A stretch of DNA of 63,529 bases, the filler included, from Octopus bimaculoides (Eukaryota): assembly GCF_001194135.2 (NCBI RefSeq). It is 6 parts of 5 records of this genome, joined end to end, with 100 filler letters (N's around TTAATTAATTAA, not from the genome) between each part and the next. Parts side by side here need not be neighbours in the genome. Positions count along the whole stretch, not along the records: positions 50,905 to 58,009 come from NC_068991.1; positions 58,110 to 62,010 come from NC_068983.1; positions 62,111 to 63,529 come from NC_069007.1; 3 more parts are not named here. One strand, 5' to 3'. The notes under the pieces are model-generated. The model was not told the DNA's origin and ran no database searches. It was given only the letters and a program-made list of their open reading frames with translations. The position numbers were made by a program, and so were the translations under genes. Position 1 is the stretch's first letter, and the number at the start of each line of letters is the position of its first letter. Positions 52,761 through 63,529 of the stretch are shown piece by piece.

Positions 52761-53512
52761 AATAAACAAAGGGAAGAATGAATAATAAAGTACATGGCCT
52801 CAAGAAGAAATACAGGTGGCTCAATATATTAAAATCATACCATCTTCCAGCATAGAGCTTCGAAGTCGATAGGCAAAAGAGTGATCGAGCAGTGGTCTTG
52901 GGAAATATTTACTTGTATTTCTATATAAAAGGGGGAACCAGGATGTTTGAAAAGTTGTGAAATAAAGTTAGAACTAAATAAGATAGGAAAATTACTAATA
53001 TGTCTAGAAAGATAACAGCACTTATGTTATTGTAAAGAGGGCTAGTTAATATTTATCCAAAACAAAACCATAGAGTTCTTATAATAGTGTACTTACTGAA
53101 ATATTGTATAATAGGCTTGATCAAAGTTTATCCATCACTGTTGTGTGCAAAAGGTGGTGGTCTCTACAATATTTCAGTAAATACACTATTATAAGAACCC
53201 TACAGTTTTGTTTTGGATAAATATTAACTAACCCTATTTACGATAATATAAGTGCTATTCTCTTTATAGATATGTTAGTAATTTTCTTGTCTTATTTAGT
53301 GCTAACTTCATTTCACAACTTTTCAAACATCCTGGGTCCCCCCTTTATATAGAAATAACCAGTAAATATTTCCCAAGACCACTGCTTGATCACTCTTTTG
53401 CCTATTGACTTCAAAGCTCTATCCTGGAAGATGGTATTATTTTGATATATTGAGCCACCTGGCTTCTTCTTGCGGTCATGTTCTTTCCTATTCACTCTTC
53501 CCTTTGTTTATT
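52761..53512. repeat. Long inverted repeat (348-bp arms, 56-bp spacer)
   Basis: 52761-53108 is the reverse complement of 53165-53512 with scattered mismatches. Confidence 0.92.
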
Positions 53513-53737
53513 TTATTTGACACTTTTGTATTCACTCTGATGAAGCTCCATGTACTAGTTCGAATATCCTATGAAGACGGCAAATATTATTTTTGTAATT
53601 CTTTCATAAGCACCGAATGACATTGGAAGCGAAAATGGTTGTAAGAATTGTTATGTTTTGTATTAAAAAGTAATCTACAGATGTGGTCCAATTTGTTTGG
53701 TTCTTGATCTAAAGTTTTCTCAATTTTCTGATTTTAC

Positions 53738-53785
<48 letters not shown>

Positions 53786-54560
53786 ATATATATGTATATG
53801 TATGTATGTACATGTGTATGTGTACTAATGAATTTAGTTTAGTAATGACAGTTGCTTCTGATAGGACCCTGCTGTGCAGGTGGTGCCTAAGGATTCTACC
53901 CCTACGTCCTTCACAGGAATAAAGGAGTGGAAATGTAAAATTGGATGGAGTGCAACATTTTGCTATACTGGATTCAAATCATTGCACAGTGGTTAAAATA
54001 AGTAGCAATGTATTTCCTACAAACTTTGACCTTGTACTTAGTTAACAGAAATTATTGTAATTTCATGTATGTAGCTTTTAGTCAAGCTTTCTCGAAATCT
54101 TAGTGACTTCTCAGTTTCTACAGACTTAGTGAGGTGCTAGTGTTCTACTCAACAATACTTGTTGTATTCAGTTGAAAATATAATCTCAGATCATTTTTAT
54201 GTAGTATTCTATATCTGAGATTTGGTTTTTCTATATTTTTAAATGTAAAACAAAATAGTCATCACTATCATCATCACTTGTACACCATGGAAACCAAACA
54301 ACTGGCTCTGCGAGTCCTGGGATTCGATACGGTAATGTCTGGCAGGAAGTGAGGTAGTTGTTTTTGCTGCTGCTGATGATGATGAGAGTTATTCTATAGT
54401 TTTGTAGAATTTTTAGTCAACACATAAATGATTGGGAGGATGGAGGATTTGAAATGGCTGTCTGAACCACAACCACATCCACCTAGACTCTGACCGAACT
54501 CAGCAAAAAAACTATTCTATGGCATATTGAAGGACAGTAGATTATTCAAAGACAAACATA

Positions 54561-55212
54561 AAATAACATCTTGGCAGACTGGATTGGCTAATAAAGGATT
54601 TACTCCATTTTTGTAAAGCAACTTGAAACAAAAACTAACTCTGCCATCGAGTAAATCAGAAGTTCACAATCTTTTTGAGCTGAGAGTACAATGGAGAGAA
54701 GAAAAAAAAAACTATCGTCGCATTGTGCCGAAGTTTAAGATATTTATTTAAAAACATTTATAAAATAATACAGAAACCAATTGCTAACTTTGTTTTATAA
54801 ATCTTTTTTATAAAACAAAATTATTACTAACACGTCTTGAAGATCCGCAAGCATTAATATAGATTTTTAAAACCCTCACAATATAGTTTTAAATATTTTA
54901 AAAATCTGCAGCGCTTCGTCGGACAACCGTTGGGCTCGTTAAGTCATGCGTTGTAACAAACGTAGATTTGACCAAGGAGAGTCACTCTCTTTTTCCTCAA
55001 TTTAACACTGGGAGTTACCTCCCGTGGATTATTGTACTCTTCCTCGGCACAATGCGACGATAGTTTTCATTTTTCTCTCCATTGTACTCCGAAGTCAAAA
55101 AGATTGTGAACTTCTGATTTACTCTGTGGCAGAGTTAGATTTTGTTTCAAGTTGCTTTACAAAAATAGAGTAAATCCTTTATTATCTAATCCAGTCTGCC
55201 AAGATGTTATTT
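54561..55212. repeat. Inverted repeat (~170-bp arms, ~310-bp spacer), foldback/MITE-like
   Basis: aaataacatcttggcagactggatt...cattgtgccga (54561-54731) versus tcggcacaatg...ccagtctgccaagatgttattt (55044-55212). Confidence 0.9.
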
Positions 55213-56481
55213 CATCACACGACAGGCTTAATGTTATTGTTTAGTACAGCGTTTTCACAGCAGCTGGTGTGGGTCTGTGAAGATTGAAAAGTAGGTGGAT
55301 AAATTGCTGTTTGATAAAATTAAGTGTTTTAAACAATTTTAGTCTCCTACAACACCAAGGTGATGAAAGAAGGATTATATGAAATGAGACTCGATTTTGT
55401 CTTCACGATGAAGAGGGAGTGGGCTAAAAAAAAACGGTAATATTTTGAAGATGGTTAGATATTTGTCAATTTTAGAATAGCGAAGTATTACATAGTATTA
55501 TGTCAATCGTAATAGGGCAAACCTATTATCAAAAGCATTCCATCCGTGACTATTCCGTCTATTTAGACTCTCTAGAACTATTTTACTAAAATGAACGCTA
55601 TCATATTTAATGAAGTGAGCGAGGAAATTTTAATTGATTAAATGTGCATCCATAGATTAGAGGAACCAATAATTATCTTAATGATTAACTCTTGTCATCA
55701 AAGGAAATGGAGACAACTTTCAGACATTTAAATTTCAAAAGTGGGATGTAGTGGGAAGTAACAGTATCTCACTTGTCCTTTGTTTAAAGGTAGCATTTGA
55801 TTTTAGTACAATTTGGCTGCTATTTCTAGCAAGCCGAGTGACTAAGTAGAAACACTCATGTTTGTTTGGTTCCCACTGTAATCTTAAGCAAGACGCATAT
55901 CTGTATTTATTATATTATACATTGTTAAAAAACAGCAAGTAAATCATTCCTTTCAACACGTTTGTCATTCCATAACTTTGTAGAGAAACCTCTCTCTCTC
56001 TGGCATTCAATCACAAATGATAACGAAGCTGCTAACATCTAGCCTTCGGTTGCCTTGGACCCTTCTGTCTATCAACCTGATCGGTTGTTATTTTGCTCTG
56101 CAATTGTCCCCATGTTCTGCTTGCCAAGGGGGCATTTACGTCCAATCGTGGCTTTAGATAAAGTCACGTGATAGGGCATTTTACTGGGTTTCCGTTGAGC
56201 CCTTTTTCGCCTATAAATAAGCCCGATCCAACGACGGCAATCGTCTTCGATTCTAGATCTCTCACAGGTCTGGTTGTTGATCACACACACATACAGAACA
56301 CAGCTACAGCCAGTTCCCGCGCCGACGTCTTCACCACCAATGTATTGTCTACCATTGTCGTCGCCAGCAACACCAACATCAACAAGAGCAGTTTTATCTC
56401 GACGCTGTTGAGTGGATTGTTTCCACTCACGAACAATAGTCAGAAGTAACCAGCCAGAATATACTATACCAGGTAAACCAG

Positions 56482-56531
56482 GGTACTACTAAAGCAGCGC
56501 AGTCGCGCGTCCGCGCTGCTTTAGTAGTACC
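56482..56531. mobile_element. 50-bp hairpin element with perfect 19-bp TIRs and 9-bp TSD (Merlin-like ends)
   Basis: gtaaaccag [ggtactactaaagcagcgc agtcgcgcgtcc gcgctgctttagtagtacc] gtaaaccag. Confidence 0.8.
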
Positions 56532-58109
56532 GTAAACCAGGTCACAGCATTCGACGCTCTACACACAGTGTGATACTCATAGCTCTGTTACTTGGCCACA
56601 ACTTCCTGCGTATGAACATTCTAAATCTTGTGTAACTTTAATACGAACTGGTTTTTCTCTATCTCAGTGTTTTAAGACTTTTTACAGTCTATGTTACAGA
56701 CACTCTTACTATGTTTCCTCTCATTCACACGCACACTCACATATTGTATACACACTATTGCTTATATTACTCCGTCACTTCACATTGTTGTATACCTTCT
56801 CTTGTACACAAAGGCCTGATTTATCTACTGTCTTAATTTTATATGTCGCATGCACGCACACACAAAGTTTCACTTTGTTAATAAATTTATTCTCATTATA
56901 TATCTAACGGTTGAGTTTGTCCTAAGTTCCTTTACTGGCACAATGGCTCGTATCTCTCACGACGAGCCTTCTATCTTATATATATATATATCTAATTTTG
57001 TGTTCGACCGTGCGACATGGTAAGAAGGAGCCTTTTCCGTCTACGTCGCCATCTCCTTTGGTTCGCACAATCGAAGTATTACAACTTTTTGTTTATTTTC
57101 TTATTAATTTTTTCCCCGTTAAATATCACCTCCAGTCAACTATCTTCATTCTGTTTCGTTCGGGCCCAGCATATATAGGATTACATTAGTGTCCTTCCAA
57201 GTTTTAATAAGATGGTACGATCTGATTTGTGGGAGATTTGGTAGCTCTTTTTAACAGGACAAGCGATCATAATTATTGAGTGTGACATCGCTGCCAGGTT
57301 AAAAAGTTCATTTCGCAAACATGTAGATTCGGGTTCATCCCTGCAGTGCAGCACTTTCGCTAAATATTTTCTACAATAACCAAGAGCTTGTGGCTGAAGG
57401 AACCCGTGTAAAAAGTACATCGGGTGGATTGCATTAATTCTAGGTTAAATGCTTCCCCCAATTAAACACTATCACTTGAAGTTGCATAAGACCCCCCCAG
57501 CCTTTCAATTACCATTTTAAGAGAACTTGCAAAAACCGTCATAAAATTGACGCTCTTCCTCTGCTTAAGTCAAAAATGGCTTCCTTGAACTGATTGATTC
57601 TTGATCATAATTTAGACATTATAACCTCACTTCCTAAGGATTTTCATTTCACCTTCAGCAAAAATATTTAGAAATGCAATTTTACAGCTGCATGTCGCAA
57701 AAGCAGACAGCAATTTCAAACAAAATCTAAAATAGTTATTTCATCTTTGAAGAAGTGACATTTGTTAGAGATTTGAAAGAAAACTTCATTAGCTGCTTTT
57801 TACACTCTCTATTCTCAAGCAGTATTCACACGTCCGAATACCTGATATAGTCGAGCTAATCTGTTAATCAACCTCATTATTTGACAGATTTTTTTATTTT
57901 ATTTGTCCAGGTAAGATGAAAAGCAAAGTTGACTTCTGCTTTTTTATATATATGTGGTCTACATTTGTTGTACATCTACATGGTTATAGGTTAAAGAACA
58001 GCGCTCGCCNNNNNNNNNNNNNNNNNNNNNNNNNNNNNNNNNNNNNNNNNNNNTTAATTAATTAANNNNNNNNNNNNNNNNNNNNNNNNNNNNNNNNNNN
58101 NNNNNNNNN

Positions 58110-58970
58110 TTGAATGGCTTCCTTGGTCATATTGGCGATATGAGGGCGGACGTTGTCGTGCAGCAAAAGAGCTCCATGCTGCCGATTAGGTCTTTTCTCT
58201 TGAATAGCCGTGTTGAGTCGTTCCATCTGTTGAACATAGAGTTCCGCGTTGACCGTTTGGTTCCGTTCAAGCAATTCGTAATGGATAATCCCTTCCCAGT
58301 CCCACCATACGCACAAGATCGTTTTACGTAGAGGAAGATCTTGCTTCACGCGCAGTGTCGTTTGTTTACCGGGGGCTACGCCATTCCTTACGCTACTTCA
58401 TATTGATGTACAAGCACCATTTTTCGTCACCAGTAACGATTCGGTAAATAAATCGTTGCTTGTGACCATGAGTTGAGCGGTGACGAGCAAGCAAACCAGC
58501 GGCGATTGTGGCTCGTAGATCTTTGTTGTTGTCACTTAAAGCATGCGAAACCTACGCTCCATACTTCTGAATCTTTCCCATCGAGTGAAGATGCTACTCT
58601 ATAGCAGTGCGGGATCATTCCTTTTCTCTGCGTATTCCCTAGTCGTTTGACGAGAATTTTCGTGCAAAAGCTGGTTTAATCGCTCTTCATCGAACTCAGC
58701 TGGACGGCCAGAACGAGGTGCATCTTTGAGGTCAAAATTTCCAATTTTGAACTTGGGATACCAATCACGAGCGGTTCTTTCAGCTTTGGCACCCTCCCTA
58801 TACACAGCACAAATGTCGCGAGCAGCTTTGCGGCCTTAGAACCATGATTAAAACCAAAAAGGAGATGTCGAAAGATGCTCGATTTTCTTAACTTGACATT
58901 CCATTTTAATGATCTGAAAATAAACAAAAATTAACTAAAATTAACTATTAAAAAACAAACAAAATAGATT
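58110..58970 (-). mobile_element. Mariner (DD34D-type) transposase pseudogene, truncated by gaps
   Basis: ATG at 58904 (MECQVKKIEHLRHLLFGFN); DLKDAPRSGRP, RIVTGDEKWCLY, LCVWWDWEGIIHYELL, LLLHDNVRPH motifs; stops and frameshifts; N gaps on both sides. Confidence 0.92.
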
Positions 58971-59945
58971 CNNNNNNNNNNNNNNNNNNNNNNNNNNNNN
59001 NNNNNNNNNNNNNNNNNNNNNNNNNNNNNNNNNNNNNNNNNNNNNNNNNNNNNNNNNNNNNNNNNNNNNNNNNNNNNNNNNNNNNNNNNNNNNNNNNNNN
59101 NNNNNNNNNNNNNNNNNNNNNNNNNNNNNNNNNNNNNNNNNNNNNNNNNNNNNNNNNNNNNNNNNNNNNNNNNNNNNNNNNNNNNNNNNNNNNNNNNNNN
59201 NNNNNNNNNNNNNNNNNNNNNNNNNNNNNNNNNNNNNNNNNNNNNNNNNNNNNNNNNNNNNNNNNNNNNNNNNNNNNNNNNNNNNNNNNNNNNNNNNNNN
59301 NNNNNNNNNNNNNNNNNNNNNNNNNNNNNNNNNNNNNNNNNNNNNNTATATATATACACAAAGAGAGAGAGAGAGAGAGATACACGCATGCAGGGAAAGC
59401 AAAAAAGGAAAGAAAGACACTGCTGCTATGTAAAGAAGTTGAGAGAGAGAGAGAGAAATAAAGTAGAAGAAAGTGTTGAAGAAGGAATAGCGAATGCGAG
59501 AAATGCTAAAATATATGGTACGTTGGCATTAGAAGCAAATTGATACAACTAAAAACGTCTTTTCTTTAATATTTTTCTAACAATTTATTAACAGGTTTAC
59601 ATATATTTAAACATTTTTTTTCTTCTATAGCCTATTGTATTTCCCTCTCTGTAGTTAAATCCCGTCCTACATTTTCGTTTTCTTTGAGCACCTCCTTATT
59701 CCCTCTCTAGCTCTTCATTTTATAATATACCAAGATTATTTCCTTTCCTCCCTTTCGCTATCTTTTAGTTTCTTACTGCATGTATTTTTCAGACAAAATC
59801 TGTTTGAACTGAGATTTTAGCAATGGAAAACTCCACGTTTAAATAAATGTCTAAACAAATTATACGTTCCTCCTCTTCTTTCTTCTTCCTTTCCTTGTCT
59901 CCCTGTGTGTTTATGTATGTATGTATCTATGCATGTACACAAACA

Positions 59946-59981
<36 letters not shown>

Positions 59982-60017
59982 TATATACACGCATTTGCAT
60001 ATCTATCTATCTATATA

Positions 60018-60065
<48 letters not shown>

Positions 60066-60252
60066 GAAGAAGGGTATTGGATTTAACTAAACCCAAAGAT
60101 ACAGGTAATAAGTGCTGTATACCGGCTAGTTATGCCCCATTCGTTGTATAAACAGGATTGGGGATTATAAATCGTGTATTAGCGTGTGTGCATAAATAGA
60201 GAAAAGGATAAAGAGAACAATGGCAAAGTTAGAAATATATTTTATGGATAGA

Positions 60253-60301
60253 GTCTTACAGCTGTTTCAGGGAAAATCCAATGCATCCCTTCATCGGAGA
60301 C
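60253..60301 (-). ncRNA. Degenerate minimal hammerhead ribozyme (different family)
   Basis: Minus strand gtct-CCGATGA-aggga[tgcattggattt]tccct-GAAA-CAGCTG-TA-agac: perfect stems I and II, palindromic ACAGCTGT, one core substitution (U4 to C). Related relics at 5843-5890 (+) and 15344-15385 (-). Confidence 0.6.
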
Positions 60302-62883
60302 AGAAATAGTAGAGGAATCGATTATTATATCTATAAGCGGAGAGTTATAGTAGGAAGTGAGAGTGAGTGTGATGCGCTGAAAGAAGAAAGAAAAAACAGT
60401 ACTTTGAGTGTAGCTTCATTCCAGTAGTAAGTATCCATGCAAATAATCCTTGTGGGTATTTTCCGGAGATAATTGTTGTAGCAAAGGCGGATATAGCAAA
60501 GGTGGGTGTATGTCATATCGAGTCCGGNNNNNNNNNNNNNNNNNNNNNNNNNNNNNNNNNNNNNNNNNNNNNNNNNNNNNNNNNNNNNNNNNNNNNNNNN
60601 NNNNNNNNNNNNNNNNNNNNNNNNNNNNNNNNNNNNNNNNNNNNNNNNNNNNNNNNNNNNNNNNNNNNNNNNNNNNNNNNNNNNNNNNNNNNNNNNNNNN
60701 NNNNNNNNNNNNNNNNNNNNNNNNNNNNNNNNNNNNNNNNNNNNNNNNNNNNNNNNNNNNNNNNNNNNNNNNNNNNNNNNNNNNNNNNNNNNNNNNNNNN
60801 NNNNNNNNNNNNNNNNNNNNNNNNNNNNNNNNNNNNNNNNNNNNNNNNNNNNNNNNNNNNNNNNNNNNNNNNNNNNNNNNNNNNNNNNNNNNNNNNNNNN
60901 NNNNNNNNNNNNNNNNNNNNNNNNNNNNNNNNNNNNNNNNNNNNNNNNNNNNNNNNNNNNNNNNNNNNNNNNNNNNNNNNNNNNNNNNNNNNNNNNNNNN
61001 NNNNNNNNNNNNNNNNNNNNNNNNNNNNNNNNNNNNNNNNNNNNNNNNNNNNNNNNNNNNNNNNNNNNNNNNNNNNNNNNNNNNNNNNNNNNNNNNNNNN
61101 NNNNNNNNNNNNNNNNNNNNNNNNNNNNNNNNNNNNNNNNNNNNNNNNNNNNNNNNNNNNNNNNNNNNNNNNNNNNNNNNNNNNNNNNNNNNNNNNNNNN
61201 NNNNNNNNNNNNNNNNNNNNNNNNNNNNNNNNNNNNNNNNNNNNNNNNNNNNNNNNNNNNNNNNNNNNNACAATCCTACACAGACACGCGCACGCACATC
61301 CACATACACACACACACACACACGCCCCCCCTCCACACACGCACACATGCACGCACACATGCACGCACACACACACATGCACGCACACACACACGCACAT
61401 ACACATACACATGCATAGGCGCGAAAAAAACGCACATATACCTCCACACACAGCCCCTATCTACACACACACTCACACACATAACTCCTACACACACACA
61501 ACACACACACACTCAGGTATACATACATGGACACACACGCAAATGAACCGACACATAACTCACATACACACACAATAAAAATTAACACATACACGCACAC
61601 ATACTACGCATATACACGCGCGCGCACACGAAATAACCGACATGCGATCCACAGAGCAAATCGCACGCATATACACACACACGTACACACACATATATAT
61701 ATACATATACACACACGCACACAAAAATACAGGCACACACTGCTAGAAAAACACCCACACAACATACACATACACGCACACACATATACTCAAAAACTGC
61801 CTGCCCACTTTCTACTGACCATTGTTCACAACCACTCCCAAATTATTTCTGCTACTATTCCTTCCACAGCGTCACACGACAAACACACACACACACACTA
61901 ACAGATAAACAGCCAAACCACACACACACACACACACTAACAGATAAACAGCCAAACCACACACACATACACACACACACACACACACACATACATACAC
62001 ACATACATACNNNNNNNNNNNNNNNNNNNNNNNNNNNNNNNNNNNNNNNNNNNNTTAATTAATTAANNNNNNNNNNNNNNNNNNNNNNNNNNNNNNNNNN
62101 NNNNNNNNNNTATATATATATATATGCGGCGGGCTGCTTTAAGTTTCCGTCTGTCATGTCTCCTCACAAAACTAGCAGATGGCAAAGGTGCCACGTAGGG
62201 GGACTGAACAGGGAACTAGGTGGTGGAAAATTAAACTTCTTACCACGGTTGCAAACATACATATCTTTCACATGTTTCAGTCATTGGACTGCAGCTGCCT
62301 CGGGACGTCGCCTTAGTGAGCTGTAGTTATCCTCAGTAATTTTTAGAAAAATCTGGTACATATTATAGCCGTTTCTTTTACTAAACTTACAAAGTTACAG
62401 GGAGGCTGTGAAGAGGTTGCCAAGAAAGGACTGTACGCGCACAATTGCACGCCGTTCCATGGATATTTTTGTTTATTCATTTTTTCCTATTTCTTTCAAG
62501 TATGCGACTGCGGCCATGCTGGAGCAACGCATAAACGGGAATTTTGAGGAGGAAATCGACCTCAGCTATATTACTTGTTCTAAGCCTAGTTCTTATTCTC
62601 TCGGTTTGTTCTTGCGAACAGCTACGTTAGGTGGAGGTAAACACACCAACATCGGTTGTTAGGTGATGGGTGGGGGATAGACACAGACACAAAACACGCA
62701 TACATAAATATATACATAACTATTAATACGACAAGCTTCATACAGTTTCCGTCTACCATATCCACTTACAAGTCTTTCTTCGCCCAGAGGCAAGACACTT
62801 GCCCAAGATGCCATGCAGTGGGACTGAAGCCGGAACCATATGTCTGGGTAGCAAGTGTCTTACCACAGAGCCACGCTTGCGCC

Positions 62884-62921
<38 letters not shown>

Positions 62922-63107
62922 TGTGTGTGTGTATGTGTAACTTTTGTGTAGTGTTTAGCACAGTTAGGTAGTTTACATCATACGCTGTTTTGGAATTCCA
63001 CAAGTTATTTTGAAACATCTATTCCATCTAATTTACTATACTATTAAATACACACACACCCACGTACACAAACAGAGAGAAAACTGCATCTCTCTCTCTC
63101 TCTCTCT

Positions 63108-63153
<46 letters not shown>

Positions 63154-63479
63154 TCGCACATATACTAAGAGAGTGGGGAGATGTGGAAATAGAGAAGTGT
63201 ATATACACGTGTGCCGGTATGAATACAAATGTATGTATTTGTATATATGTAATTTGTTGGACTAATTCGTATATTTCAATTCGTCTGTTCATACGCATAC
63301 ATACACACATATATATGTGAAGAGTACCCTGCGGTAAACACTTATTTTGGATCTGATCTACTCGATTCCGTAACTCCTGTATGTATGTATACATATGTGC
63401 ATATGTATGTGTGTGTACGTAGAATACAGAAATACACAGACAGAAACGTACGCGTGTGGGCTCACATATAGACACCCTC

Positions 63480-63529
<50 letters not shown>

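Noticed and set aside
53537-53575. CTGATGA hammerhead-like cores at 53537, 47727 and 7915
   Set aside because: No properly placed GAAA-N-UH with a matching stem I; at most highly decayed relics.
54250-54400. Minus-strand frame NNSHHHQQQQKQLPHFLPDITVSNPRTRRASCLVS
   Set aside because: Protein-like, but driven by a (CAT)/(CAG) microsatellite with weak splice signals.
55990-56960. Possible Gypsy integrase tail plus LTR
   Set aside because: No recognisable integrase motif, PPT or TG...CA boundaries could be fixed by eye.

Overview
AT-rich, gap-riddled (many N runs), microsatellite-dense metazoan genomic DNA. The repeat landscape (tRNA-derived SINE families, RTE and R4/Dong-like LINE fragments, Penelope-like elements, Tc1/mariner relics, abundant (AC)n/(AT)n/(ATAC)n) suggests an octopus/coleoid cephalopod draft assembly (inference). 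The only confidently recognisable host coding sequence is two spliced + strand exons (8039-8222, 11406-11544) of a polypeptide N-acetylgalactosaminyltransferase, GALNT7/pgant7-like (stem region to the start of the catalytic fold). The following catalytic exons are not visible in the remaining 52 kb. Nearly all long ORFs in the supplied track are microsatellite or N-gap artefacts. Most notable: (1) a tRNA-headed, TSD-flanked SINE carrying an intact minimal type I hammerhead-ribozyme motif (12058-12315), plus several more minimal-hammerhead relics from different repeat families; (2) a cluster of inverted repeats at 51.9-56.5 kb (348-bp and ~170-bp arms; a 50-bp Merlin-like hairpin with a 9-bp TSD); (3) phase-compatible candidate small exons downstream of the GALNT exons. 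All coordinates were read by eye; repeat boundaries are approximate.
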